Below, one piece after another: positions 37,031 to 50,672 of a DNA stretch of 64,000 nt; position 1 is the first letter of the stretch, and each line of letters starts with the position of its first letter. The DNA lies in assembly GCF_006345805.1 (NCBI RefSeq), contig NC_043000.1, positions 101,866,001 through 101,930,000 of the forward strand, in the 5' to 3' direction. The notes beneath the pieces were generated by a model. That model did not search any database. It saw nothing but the letters and a program-made list of their open reading frames with translations, and was not told where the DNA came from. This stretch comes from Octopus sinensis. Lineage: Eukaryota. The position numbers were made by a program, and so were the translations under genes.

Positions 37031-37914
37031 CATTATTACATTAGCTTTTGCTCTGAAACTAACTGCGTTACAGTGAATCAGGTAGTATGCGGCGTTCATT
37101 TGTAAAATAATTTTCCGAGGTTTTTCTTTTTCTGTTTTTTTTTTTTTTTTTTATTACAGACAGTGCCTATAATACTTTACAAGGATCTCCGAGATTAGTG
37201 TAAGCAAAGGAAAAAGGTATTTTCATGTCAGAAACTTGACCTGAATGTTTGTAAGAGAGTGGATTACATTAAAGGCCCTAAAGTGATGTGAAACCGGGCA
37301 ACAGATTAAGTCTACGACCCAAGCAAACCGCAACACAATTTGAACTCAGAACGCAGAGAGCCAGAACACATTCCACGTAACATCTCACCTAATACCAACA
37401 ACTCTACCAGTCGGCACCGGAATGACGAAAAGCAATGTTGCCCACAGAGGAATTTGAAGTCGGGACAGAAGAAGCTGAAATAAATACAATGAAACATTTC
37501 ACTCAATACTGTAACAGCTCTGTTGAGTTACTGCTTCTGATTGCAAGAAAACTTCTGTCGATAGTTGATTTTATCGTCGTAACTGCTTAATTAATATAAA
37601 TTACTGAGTTTATCTACTGGAAATGCCATCTGCATGGAAAACAATACTTACTTTAAGTGTTAACGTACTAAATGCAGCGAACATCAACAAATGCAGTTTT
37701 AATTACTAATGTGGTGAGAAAAATACGATATTAACTCAATGCCTAATATGCTAATTTTTGCAAGCAAGCGAGACAAGTCTAGACATGTTTCGTTCTGATT
37801 AGATTAGACCTTTCCAGTGAGGTATAGCTTTCAACGCATTTGCAGAAATAATGATGAAAGAATGGTTAAATAATTGCACATGATTATGTTTGGAAAATTA
37901 GCGTATTTGAAAAA

Positions 37915-38393
37915 TAAATCAGTGAAATTAAATCTTCAAACCGGTTTTCGTGCACATCTTCAGTTATGGTAATTAATGAAAAAATAGGATAGCGAATACA
38001 AGCGGCCGAAATGGGATTCCTCCGAAGGCTTTCTGGAGTAACGTTATTATATGGGGTGCGTAGCTTGGATGTCAAGGAGTCTCTCCAGGTCGAGTTGCTA
38101 CTTCTTCGCATTTAGAGGTCACATCTCATGGACTACAGACATGTGATTAGAATATCTGAAGAAAAAAGAGTAAGACAGATGCTTCGAACCGAGCCAACTT
38201 GCAGGAAACCTACGGGTAGAGCAAGAACTAGATTGTTGGATGATAATCTATAGTTTCAGTTGGTCGCGCTCGAGAATCCAGCCGAGAAGTGTAATAACGG
38301 TTGTTTCCGATAAGACCCTTTAGAGGAAGTGCCTGAGAACTCTAATCTATAGACCTACCCAGGAATAGTGGGCGGGAAACATGCATGGATGGA
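37915..38393 (+). mobile_element. 3' fragment of an RTE-clade LINE
   Basis: RIQAAEMGFLRRLSGVTLLYGVRS...LQVELLLLRI*RSHL...HVIRI...GRARTR, ending in GGATGGA. Confidence 0.75.
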
Positions 38394-38566
38394 AATTAAA
38401 GGAGGTCTAGTAACACTAAAATATGCTCAAAATTGTCTCCAGTAGTCAGCGAATTGATTAATACAATATCAGTCATTGCACAAGTATTGGTTTTCTCTTG
38501 ATGCTTACATATTTGCAAATAGATTTGTTGATAGTCAATGCATTAAATATGTAAGCACTAAGTTAA

Positions 38567-38599
<33 letters not shown>

Positions 38600-39080
38600 C
38601 TTTTAAGACGCGTTCATGTCGAATGCCTGGGTAAGAAGCCATAACTTCTATATTCAGACAGCTCTCGATATATATTTAACAGACGAGAATTCTATGTTTA
38701 AGTCCTATTTAACATATGCATGGAATGCAAAGTAAATTGTATTATGCAGTCCATGTATAATTCACAGTACTTCATGTCTACTGCAGAAGCATAGATACAC
38801 ACACACTATATGTATGTATGTGTATATAAATATATATATATATATATGCATTGGTAAAACGGTAAGATAACAAAAGAAAGAAAGAGACCTCAATATTATG
38901 TAAATAGAGGAAATTTATCTATACAATATTATGTTACATTACTCGATAGTCAAGATAAAACTCTGAGTTTCAGATGCCGAAGTGGAAATCCACAACACCA
39001 TCTATATACGTATATAAATTTATATGTATATAAATAGATATATACATATATATATATATATATGTGATATATATATATAT

Positions 39081-39487
39081 ACTCTTTACTCTCTCTTTTA
39101 CTCTTTTACTTGTTTCAGTCATTTGACTGCGGCCATGCTGGAGCACCGCCTTTAGTCGAGCAAATCAATCCCGGGACTTATTCTTTGTAAGCCCAGTACT
39201 TATTCTATCGGTCTCTTTTGCCGAACCGCTAAATGACGGGGACGCAAACACACCAGCATCGGATGTCATGCAATACTAGGGGGACAAACGCACACACACA
39301 AACACACACACATACACATATATACATATATATATACATATATACGACAGGCTTCTTTCAGTTTCCGTCTACCAAATCAACTCACAAGGCATTGGTTGGC
39401 CTGGGGCTATAGCAGAAGACACTTGCCCAAGATGTCACGCAGTGGGACTGAACCCGGAACCATGTGGTTGGTTAGCAAGCTACTTAC

Positions 39488-39492
<5 letters not shown>
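39081..39492 (-). mobile_element. SINE family A, full length, CpG-intact
   Basis: Reverse complement of 6611-7014. Confidence 0.9.
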
Positions 39493-39519
<27 letters not shown>

Positions 39520-39619
39520 AATAAATATAAATATATATATATAAATATATATATATATAATATAATATATATATATATATTTATATACATATATATAAAT
39601 ATAAATAAATAAATAAATA

Positions 39620-39656
<37 letters not shown>

Positions 39657-39715
39657 ATAAATAAATATAAATATATATATATATATAAATAAATAAATAA
39701 ATAAATATATATATA

Positions 39716-39765
<50 letters not shown>

Positions 39766-39813
39766 ATATATATATATAAAGATATATAAATATATATAAA
39801 TATTTATAATAAT

Positions 39814-39860
<47 letters not shown>

Positions 39861-39866
39861 GTATAT

Positions 39867-40075
39867 AAAGGGTGTTGAAAAGTTCCTGGCTTTGGGTAAA
39901 ATACAGGAAGATCAATCAATTATGATTTGATTTAACATATTTCCCTCTCAGATTCACACACTTATCGCAATGGGCCTTCAGTTTTTTATGCTCTCTACAA
40001 GAACTCGGAGGTTTGGGCCTGGAAGCAGGCCTTTCAGGTTATCCTTAAAGCTAGGAACTTCTCAGGACCACCTCG
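39867..40075. mobile_element. Mariner-derived MITE
   Basis: Imperfect TIRs GGGTGTTGAAAAGTTCCTGGCTTT / AAAGCTAGGAACTTCTCAGGACCACCTCG; second copy at 52892-53094. Confidence 0.7.
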
Positions 40076-40217
40076 CATATACATGTATATATATCACATT
40101 TATAGTTTGTTATTAAAACTGAAACTCGAGTTGCAAGACAGTATCTTAGCATGAGTTTTAGCGAATTATATCTTCTACAACATGTATTGAACACTTTCTC
40201 ATTTGTTATATATATAT

Positions 40218-40252
<35 letters not shown>

Positions 40253-40271
40253 GATATATATATATATATAT

Positions 40272-41082
40272 AAACTTAGATAAACTTAGATATGTTTCGA
40301 CCAAAGATATTGGTCCAGGCCATGTCTAACATAATAGCACCATCTGATAGGATTATTCGAATCCTGTTTAAGTCAAGTTTTGTTTATGGTCCATTCAAGT
40401 AGTGAGTTCTTGTTAGGTGAGTTGTATCCAATCATGGGTGGCTTATCTGGTATTCTTTGAAGGAATCTATCCAGACTCCGTTTAAAGTTGATGGGATCGT
40501 TTTCCTCTTTGATCTCCCTCGGGACAATGTTAAATAGGGCAGGGCCTGTTGATGAAAAGAAATTATGTTGCAGTGTACATGTATGCTGTGATCTTGAATT
40601 GGGCAGGGGACGTATGGCCCGTGGTCCCATTCTTGGATGAACCTTGAAGCTAATGTTAAGGTCGTTTGGGCAAAGTTGGCAGTATATTCTCCACATCGTA
40701 CAAATGATGTACCGCTCACGGCGACGCTGGAGAGAGTAAAGTTTCAAGGCTTTAAGGCGATCCCAATAATCGAGAGCAGCCATGCCTTCAATTCGTTTAG
40801 TGAGTGCCCTCTGGGGTGACTCAATCCTGGAGATGTTTTGTCTTGTATGGGGAGACCACAGTGAGCAGCAATATTCAAGTTGTGGCCGTACAAAGAAGGA
40901 GAAAAGTGGTATGATGACACCTTGTTCTCTGGACCGGAAAGTTCTTAAGATCCAGGAACTCATCCTATGAGCTATATCGACCTTCTTTTTGATGTGTGCA
41001 CTCCAACTGAGATCGTCATCAACAATTACAACCCAGGTCTCTGATATTGCTAGAGGCTGTGAGCGGTTCCCCTGAAGGAAGA
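40272..41082 (-). mobile_element. 3' fragment of a CR1-clade LINE
   Basis: IRDLG/VIVDDDLSWSAHI; WILRTFRSRE...VRPQLEYCCSLWSP...LKLYSLQRRRERY...FKRSLDRFLQRIPDKP; 3' tail ends in (ATCTAAGTTT)x2; inserted in (TA)n. Confidence 0.88.
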
Positions 41083-41093
41083 GAGTATATTAT

Positions 41094-41127
<34 letters not shown>

Positions 41128-41205
41128 ATATATATACATACATATATATATATGTATATATACTATATATATATGTATATATACGTACCTATATATTTAT
41201 ATTTG

Positions 41206-41247
<42 letters not shown>

Positions 41248-41250
<3 letters not shown>

Positions 41251-41815
41251 TGTATTTTTAAGTATATAATTATAAAAATATAATTATAATTAAGGACGCT
41301 AGATGTTGAATATTTACAATCCACCCAAAATTTGTTCTCCATTTATAACACTAGGTCAAATGGGAAGTAATGTGCAAGAAGATTTACAAAATTTCAGATA
41401 ATCCTATATCTTAAGGTTTCATGCACTATAGTAAAGATTACATATACATACCGATAAATCTATTCGCACAGATACCAGTATTTTTCGCTTATATATTTAT
41501 CGATGTATCGCTACTGAAGATTGCAAAGTAATCTTTATTACAGAGCGTGAAATCTAAGAAATAGGATTATCCGAAATTTTGTAAAACTTCTTGCTTATTA
41601 CCTTGCATTCGACCTGGGGTTATAAATAGGGAACAAATTTAGAGTGGATTGTTAGTATTTGACATCTACTTCTAGCATAAAGACGCTGGTATTCCAGCGT
41701 CCTTAATTATAATTATATCTTTATAATTATATATTTAAAATTAATTTCACCGCGATATGGTCATTTTTTTTATACGCTAGACATTGATATAATCATTTTA
41801 ATGATTATATCCTCA

Positions 41816-41856
<41 letters not shown>

Positions 41857-42424
41857 CATGTATTTTTAAGTATATAATTATAAAAATATAATTATAATTA
41901 AGGACGCTAGATGTTGAATATTTACAATCCACCCAAAATTTGTTCTCCATTTATAACACTAGGTCAAATGGGAGTAATGTGCAAGAGATTTACAAATTTC
42001 AGATAATCCTATATCTTAAGGTTTCATGCACTATAGTAAAGATTACATATACATACCGATAAATCTATTCGCACAGATACCAGTATTTTTCGCTTATATA
42101 TTTATCGATGTATCGCTACTGAAGATTGCAAAGTAATCTTTATTACAGAGCGTGAAATCTAAGAAATAGGATTATCCGAAATTTTGTAAAACTTCTTGCT
42201 TATTACCTTGCATTCGACCTGGGGTTATAAATAGGGAACAAATTTAGAGTGGATTGTTAGTATTTGACATCTACTTCTAGCATAAAGACGCTGGTATTCC
42301 AGCGTCCTTAATTATAATTATATCTTTATAATTATATATTTAAAATTAATTTCACCGCGATATGGTCATTTTTTTTATACGCTAGACATTGATATAATCA
42401 TTTTAATGATTATATCCTCAATTT
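41248..42424. repeat. Near-identical tandem duplication (about 41248-41820 and 41857-42424) of a fold-back element
   Basis: Copies differ mainly by single-base deletions; each copy is internally palindromic. Confidence 0.9.
41514..41558 (+). ncRNA. Hammerhead-like core (second copy at about 42119-42163)
   Basis: CUGAAGA-UUGC-AAA-GUAAU(CUUU)AUUAC-AGA-GCGU-GAAA-UCUA; stems I and III are weak. Confidence 0.4.
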
Positions 42425-42755
42425 ATATATATATATATAATATATATTATATATATATATATATATAGATAGATAGATAGATAGATAGATATATATATAC
42501 CACTATGCTGATCAGTCTATCGTATGTTGTTATACACCGCTAGTTACAGTGCGCTTCCTTGTATTGCAGCAGCTTTCGAATAAATCCTGCTGGTATACTT
42601 ATTTTGGTCAACTGAGCGTGCTGGAGCAAAGTAAAATGAATTTTTTTTGTTGAAGAACACAACGCATCACCCAGAACTCAAAACCACAATCTTACCATCA
42701 TGAACAAAACAATCTAACCATTAAATCACACGCCTCCATAAGAATATATATATAA

Positions 42756-43140
42756 GGTGCAGGCTTGGCTGTGTGGTAAGAAACTTGCTTTTCAACAACG
42801 TGGTTCCTGGTTCAGTCCCATTGCGTTGCATCTTGGGTAAATACCTTCTACTATAGTCTCGGACCAATCAAAGCCTTATGCGTGGATTTGGTAGACGGAA
42901 GCTGAAAGAAGCCCGTCATATGTGTGTGTGTGTGCGTATCTCTTTCTGTCTGCGTTTGTCCCCCACCATTGTTTGACAACCGGTATTGGTTTTTTTACGT
43001 CCCTATACCTTAGAAGTTCGGTAAAGAGATCGATAGAATAAGTAACAAGCTTTCTAAAAAAAGAAAAAAAGTATTGTGGTCGATTCGCTCGACTAAAACT
43101 TCTTCAAGGCGATGCCACTGCATGGCCGCAGTCTAATTAT
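42756..43140 (+). mobile_element. SINE family A
   Basis: Aligns with 6611-7014. Confidence 0.85.
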
Positions 43141-44415
43141 TAAAGACACACACACACTCTACCAAAGTTCTAAAGTATTTGTCATCAGTTCCAAAATCAG
43201 CTCTATATTGCCCAATTTCTTTTAAAAGTCGAAGATCCATCTATAATCTTATATTTTCAATCATTCTTCTTTCTTCTCCTGTTTCCTAAAAATAATGTTT
43301 GATTACGTTAGTTCTTGAGACCAAAATTCAGTTAGATCACTGATATTTCTAGATAATAAACCACCTGTAAAATAAAACACTTCTTTTACTTCAGCAACCC
43401 AAATCGCATTTTCTAATCTTCTCAATATAATTACATTTAAGTCATGGCGTGTGTGCTGTTATCATAATATGATTTACTTCGTGGTTGCTGTTGTTATTAT
43501 TAGTATTTTCTTTTGAGGTTCATTTTCAAATATGAGGAAAATAAAAATGAATCTCGCTGCTTATTTCAAAGATTTACAATTTTAACACTCACATTTACGC
43601 ACACATATACATATACGTACTCGCCCTCATATATATATATATATATATATGGAATACACAACCACACATGGTCTTTTGTATGCATATAAATGTATATGAA
43701 ATAAATTCACGTATATAAATACACCCATAAATACATATACATACATACATATATACATATACATACATATATATACATATATATATATATACATATCTAT
43801 CTATCTATATATATATATATATAATACATATATATCTATATATATGTATATATATATACATACATATCTATATATATATATATATAAACATACATATCTC
43901 TCTCTCTATATATATATAAATATATATATATAATTTATATAATATACATACATATCTATCTATATATATACATATATATATATACATATATATATATACA
44001 TACATATATATACATGCATACATATTTACATACATATGTATATATACACATATAAGTACATACATATATATACATATATGTATAAATATATGTATATACA
44101 CATATACATACATACACATACATCATACATATATATATATACACGCGTGCGCATATTTGTAATTCTTTGAAATAAGTACTCAATGCTAATGAAAAACTCG
44201 AAGTTCCAATTTCTATAGAATTTTATATACAATGCGTGTATATGTGTATACGCATGCGTGCACGAGTGTCTATCTGCTTTTTACCTGAAAACCGTGACAT
44301 GAGTGAAAATACATTTCTGAGTCTAGAAAGGAATTTCATTATTAGAATTTCAAAATTGATAATAATCACTGCACCCTCTTCGAATTCTATAGTCTTATTA
44401 ATCTCTCTAGCTTTT

Positions 44416-44469
<54 letters not shown>

Positions 44470-45214
44470 CACACACACACACACTGAGTTTTTTTTCTCT
44501 CTCTGTGTCTGTACAGTATTTGTTCACCTCCCCTTTTTTAGTATTTTGTTTTTGTCATTTGATGTCTCGTATCTCACAAAAGTTCACATACTTATGCACG
44601 AACTTTCAATATCACTCTTCCCCCTCCTTCTCTTCCTCCTCTTTCTCCCCCTTTTCTTACATATCTGCTCTTCCTCCTCCTCACCCCTCTCTCTCCCTAT
44701 CGGCTTTTTTTCTACAAATAAATGTACACTGGTACATGTTCTAAACAATTATCTCTTAAATTCCAAGGTAGTTTAGAATTGCAGAAACCTCGGAGCATTG
44801 GCCTAAATCATTCATAGTATTCATACAAGTATCTCTCTCTCTCTTCCCCTCTAGCTATCTATTTATCAACCTATCCATCCATCTACCCACCCTCCCTCTG
44901 GTGTTTTACTGAGCAGTAAGAAATAAAAGCACTCCCTTACGTGCAATAAACAATGATATTATCTCTTAAATTTCAAAGGTAGTTTAGAGTAGCAGAAACG
45001 GTAATTCAGAGTATTTTCGTGAACTTTTATATTGTTCCGAGTTTGTATTCTACCAGAGTTAACCCCTTAATTCCGAGGTCAATAAAACAGATACAGGGAT
45101 ACAGTTGAAAATATGTTACAAGTCCAACGAAGGGAACACTATTCGAAGGGACATTACTCTCATTCGTTGCGCCTTATTCGAACTGTAGCCATCTTGATTA
45201 TCTTGTTCTATATA

Positions 45215-46099
45215 CAGGGTCAGGCAAAATGATCGACACATTTGTAGGTTAAATAAAAAGCAAATGAAGTAAAGAAACAAAAAAGTGTTTTTAGTTTTGA
45301 AAAGTACATATAATGCCATTTTGTTTCATTATGTTTTAAAAATTAAATCATTCAAATGGGATCCATTATTGTCCACACACTGTCGAAGGCGTTCACGAAA
45401 GTTGTCAATAACTCCGCGGGTCATTTCATGTGGAATGGCAGTAATTTCTTGACGAATTGCATCTTTAAGTTGTTCAATAGATCGAGGGCGATTAATGTAT
45501 ACCTTTGACTTGAGGTATACCCAGAGAAAAAAATCGCACGGATTTAAATCAGGTGAACGGGCGGGCCAACCGATATCACCACGCAATGAGATCAAATGAC
45601 CAGGGAACATATTCCTCAAAATCCCCATCACACGTCGAGAAGTGTGGGCTGTTACTCCATCCTGTTGAAACCAAACATTGTCCATATCGTGGAGCATATT
45701 CAATTTTGGTCTGAGAAAAGTCTCTAGCATCTCACAATATCGATCAGAGTTCACAGTCACTGTAACGTTGTCTTCTTCGAAGAAGTACGGACCCCACATA
45801 CCGAATTCTGCCACAGCACACCATACAGTCACCCGAGGACAATGCAAAGGGCGTTCATGCAATTCACGAGGGTTGTTCTCGGCCCAGTATCTGAAGTTTT
45901 GCTTATTCACTGTGCCACACACGCCTTCGACAGTGTGTGGACAATAATGGATCCCATTTGATTGATTTAATTTTTAAAACATAATGAAACAAAATGGCAT
46001 TATATGTACTTTTCAAAAATAAAAACACTTTTTTGTTTCTTTACTTCATTTGCCTTTTATTTAACCTACAAATGTGTCAGATCATTTTGCCTGACCCTG
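45215..46099 (-). mobile_element. Tc1/mariner DD41D (rosa/VS) derivative with about 178-bp inverted ends
   Basis: TA|CAGGGTCAGGCAAAATGATC...GATCATTTTGCCTGACCCTG|TA; arms at 45215-45392 and 45921-46099. Confidence 0.92.
45329..45922 (-). pseudogene. C-terminal part of a DD41D transposase, lacking the HTH region and first catalytic Asp
   Basis: VTVWCAV...GPYFF...WFQQDG...WPARSPDLNPCDFFLW; 41 residues counted between the second and third Asp. Confidence 0.9.
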
Positions 46100-46104
46100 T
46101 ATAT

Positions 46105-46149
<45 letters not shown>

Positions 46150-46357
46150 CAATCAATTGTGATGTTGAACTTAAAAATGGTCTATGACTATTTAATTTTT
46201 TCCACTAGGCCGCTGGTGGCAAAAAATTCTACAAAATTTTTGCCACCTCTATGATTAATTTTATAGATATAATATATATATATATATATATATATAACAT
46301 TATTGGTGATTGAAGAAATGGAGCTGAACGCAGATTGAACAGAAATCGTTTATTTCA

Positions 46358-46433
46358 TCTACACGTGGTTCGAAAGGCACAAATTACCAAAATCCGATTG
46401 AATAATGGACCATATTGTGTCTTTCTCTCGGAA
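46358..46433 (-). ncRNA. Degenerate long-stem-II hammerhead motif
   Basis: CCGAGA-GAAAGACACAA...UUGUGCCUUUC-GAACC-ACGU-GUA-GA, inside a (TA)n-flanked element at about 46280-46900. Confidence 0.45.
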
Positions 46434-46948
46434 GAAAGAAAGAAGGAAATCCGTTGGAAAAACAAAAAACAGAACAGAGCGGAGCAAAAAACAAATCGAA
46501 CTGTGCTCCTAAGAGCCCAGGGCGAAAACGTTATCATTGTATGTTGAGAACCGGTGGTGAGGAATTCAACGGGTCAGGCATCGGTCAATCATGTGGGGAG
46601 GTTTGTATAGAGTTCTTTGTGTATTTAAGGAATTGGATGTTTTATGAGGGGCGAGAAAAATCTCTTAGAGACGTGTGTGTGTGTATACTGTTCTTATATG
46701 TGTTGTTGGTAGGGGTAGAAAACATTTTTTTGTGTACGTGTGTGAGTTTGATCGTTCGGCTGTCAAGTGGGCTACTGCCGTGATGATAACGTTGGGTACC
46801 TCCAACCGTGCTGTTTACTGCTGTGATTTTTGCTACTAAGGTATCGGTTAACTTTGATTAATCTATACAAGATTATTCATCTTTCTATTTCACATAATAT
46901 ATATATTATATATATATATTGTGTGTGTGTGTGTGTGTGTGTGTTTGT

Positions 46949-47355
46949 GGGCGCAGGCATGTCTGTGGAGTAAAAGAGCACGCTTTGCAGTCACGCGGTT
47001 TTGGGTTCAATCCCACTACACGACACCTTGAACAAGTATCTACTACTATAGACTCGGGTTGACCAATGTCCTGTGAGTGAATATGGTAGACAGAAAACGG
47101 AAATTGTTTGGAAGTCCGTCGCGTGTGTGTGTGTGTGTTTTATGTTTGTATTTGATTCCCTACCATTTCCGCTTGACAACCGGTGTTGGTGTGTTAAACG
47201 ACCCCCGTAACTTAGAGGTTCAGCAAAAGAAACAGATAGAATAAGTATTATATATTTTTTTAAATAAGTATTATAATGAATTTGTTTGACTAAATTCTTC
47301 AAAACGCTGCCTCAGCTTGGCCGCAGTGAAATGACTGAAACAAGTAAAAAATGAA
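46949..47355 (+). mobile_element. SINE family A, diverged
   Basis: Aligns with 6611-7014. Confidence 0.8.
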
Positions 47356-48249
47356 AACATCAAGAAATATATTATCTAATCTGTCTTAATTTTTTTGGTA
47401 TGGTGGCAGAGCAACGTTATTCAGTTGATGCGCCGCAAGGGGTATCGTGATATTCAGTGAATTTTTGAAAATTTAATTTAAGGTTTTAGAAAAGCCATAC
47501 AAATGTTTGAGCGTCTTGAAAAAATATGTTTTATTCGCAATTTCTTTTACAAACGTATGAGTAATAAAATGAAAAACAGTTTTCTAAATTTTCTTTTATT
47601 AATTTTCTTTTATTAATTTTGAAATTTAAAATATTTCCTTCATTAGCGTTCCGTGTGAGGCACCTCGGAGATTCTTTAAAATTTTTATCATTAGTGCGTT
47701 AGAAGTTTTAAAATGATATAATGAAATTCACTGCTCTATGTAGCTGCTTGAACTGTATAAAATAGCAGTTGGGTCTCTTTGAAATTATACACTACCACGA
47801 TGGTTTTTAATCTTTTTGGTTTCATCGCACCAGTGGTGCATTTCTCGTAAAAAGGCGAGAAAGAGCCGCTTGAAAGTTAAAAATTAGGGGAAAATATACA
47901 GAAAATTGCTAAATTGTTTTACAAAGCACAACTGTTAAACAAAATTTTGAATAATACATTTTTCAAGGCAGTAAAAAAATTGATATGTCTTCAAAGCCTT
48001 TAAATTACCCTCGATACCCGATGTGAAACCCCGTCCGAGAACCACCCTCCGATAGTCGCTAAAATGTGGACGGACACAATAAATAAAAGTCTAGAGACAG
48101 TCATGGCTGTGTGGTCAAGAAGTTCTCTTTGTAGCCACGCAGTTTTGGATTAAGTCCCTGCACATTGGGTAAATGTCTCCTACCAAAACTTGAGCCGATC
48201 AATGTTTTGTGAGTGAATTTCGTAGATGAAAACTGTGTGAGAGCCATCG

Positions 48250-48291
<42 letters not shown>

Positions 48292-48396
48292 ATATATATA
48301 TATATATATACATATAACATATATATATATATATTCGTTATATATATATACATATATATATATATATCGTTATATATATCGTTATATATATATACA

Positions 48397-49027
48397 CTAG
48401 CAGTATCGCCCGGCGTTGCTCGGGTTGTAAGGGAAATAACTATATAAGCATTATTAAGATTTATAGCAAAAAAATTGCATTAAAATGGAATAAAAAATGA
48501 TGATAATTTTTTTTTTGTAAATCGTTGACTCAGTGTCTTCAAGCCATGAAGTCGTTGTTCTAAAAGAACGCTGGTCTCCTTGACAACGCTTTACGACGTT
48601 GATTTCCTTACATCCCTTCCCCACAGCTTCACACGGAAGGAAGAAGGGGGAGAAGCAAACAGGTGCAGGTGTGACCGTGGACGCCAACTCCGCGCCCATC
48701 GACACACGAAAAATTATGCATTAAAATGGAATAAAAAATGATGTTAAATTATTTTTAAATCGTAGACTCATCGTAGACGCGCGCTAATACGCAGACGGGC
48801 TCGATATGAATCACGACTATAAGATACCCGAATTTGTTTAAACTGCACCGCAAAATGTGGGAGTAGTTAGTGAGTGTCTGTCCCCTTCGATTTAGATTCC
48901 AAACTACTCCTCACATTTTGCGGTGCAGTTTAACCAAATTCGGTAGCTTATAGTCGTGATTCATATCGTGATTCATGGGAGTAGTGTAGGAATCTAAATC
49001 GAAGGGACAGACACTTACACAACTACA

Positions 49028-49062
<35 letters not shown>

Positions 49063-49862
49063 CTCTAGTTGTGTGAGTGTCTGTCCCCTTCGATTTTGAT
49101 TCCTATATATAAAACTGTAGTTGTGTGAGTGTCTGTCCCCCTCGATTTAGATTCCTAACTACTCCCACATTTTGCGGTGCAGTTTAACCAAATTCGGGTA
49201 TCTTATAGTCGTGATTCATATCGTGATTCATGGGAGTAGTAGGAATCTAAATCGAAGGGACAGACACTTACCAACTACAGTTTTATATATATATATATAT
49301 ATAATATATAAAACTCTAGTTGTGTGAGTGTCTGTCCCCTTCGATTTAGATTCCTATATATAAAACTGTAGTTGTGTGAGTGTCTGTCCCCCTCGATTTA
49401 GATTCTAACTACTCCCACATTTTGCGGTGCAGTTTAACCAAATTCGGGTATCTTATATAGTCATGATTCATATCGAGCCCGTATGGCTATTAGCGCGCGT
49501 CTACGATGAGTCTACGATTTAAAAAATAATTTAAATCATTTTTTATTCCATTTTAATGCATAATTTTTCGTGTGTCGATGGCGGCAGAGTTGGCGTCCAT
49601 GGTCACACCTGCACTGTTTGCTTCTCCCCCTTCTTCCCTCCCTCGTGAAGCTGTGGGGAAGGGAGTGTAAGGAAATCAACGTCGTAAAGCGTTGTCAAGG
49701 AGACCAGCGTTCTTTTAGAACAACGACTTCATGGCTTGAAGACACCAAAACAGAAATGGCTAAGAAAGCCCGAATTGGCATCTATAAGGGAAGTAACTCT
49801 CTAAAAATGCTTATATAGTTATTTCCCTTACAAACCCGAGCACCGCCGGGCGATACTGCTAG
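48397..49862. mobile_element. Head-to-head pair of non-autonomous Helitrons with rearranged 5' ends
   Basis: Both outer ends read CCCGAGCA(A/C)CGCCGGGCGATACTGCTAG^T (hairpin plus CTAG) in opposite orientations; bodies are inverted copies; centre is repeated TATATAAAACTGTAGTTGTGTGAGTGTCTGTCCC 5' segments. Confidence 0.8.
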
Positions 49863-49904
<42 letters not shown>

Positions 49905-50364
49905 TATGTAAAAAAATACAAACTGGGACAAGAACGCAAAACATTTAGAAGACGATACAAAAAACACGGACGGGACATTCGAAGCCTTCAATTTTCAGTC
50001 AAGAACCGGATCATCTTCGCAATTTCGGCTCTGTGTGTGCGCGTGTGCGTGCGTGCATGCGTGTGTGTGTGTGTGTGTGTGCGTGCGTGTGCGTGCATGT
50101 GTGTGTGTTGGACTCTCCCGTTGTTAGACGACGTATGAGGGTCCGATAATTTCTTATCGAACGGACATTTTTTTTTTCTTCTCGTGAGTTCTGCCATTTG
50201 TCTATCTAAATTGTGTTATTTTATCGGGAATTTTGTGTGTTATCGATCCTGCTTAACAGGGGAAGTATCGAGTCTAGAAATTCCACCTTTAAGAGGGGAG
50301 TTGAATTTTTTGCAACTTCTTGTCTAATTTATTTACACTATTTTGAAATTATGGCTTCTAGCCA

Positions 50365-50547
50365 AAACATCGTCTCCAGCTGGCTATACGACACGATTTG
50401 TGTCCTTATATTTTCGAACAAGGGAATCTAGCACCCCAACTCAGCTCAAAACAATATCTGTGTATCGCGATTTCCCGAGTGAGGGTGCTAGATTCCCTTG
50501 TTCGAAAATATAAGTACACAGATCGTGTCATATAGCCGGCGATGTTT
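50365..50547. repeat. Inverted repeat, about 65-bp arms
   Basis: CTTATATTTTCGAACAAGGGAATCTAGCACCC / GGGTGCTAGATTCCCTTGTTCGAAAATATAAG. Confidence 0.9.
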
Positions 50548-50672
50548 CATGGGGCTGAATTACAGCATCATTCGTCCTAAACAAGGACTGCCATATTATG
50601 TTAGGAAATAATCTTTACTCCAAAGTACTGTTGCTGAAAATTTCTTGTGAGATTTGAAAATAGTAATTTTTT

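Noticed and set aside
38965-39003. 3' half of a hammerhead-like motif on the minus strand (AGAUG...CAUCU-GAAAC-UCAGA-GUU)
   Set aside because: The CUGANGA box is missing at the (TA)n junction; suggestive only.
1439-48313. Many ORFs rich in YIYI, CVCV or THTH
   Set aside because: Translations of (TA)n and (CA)n microsatellites; no coding evidence.
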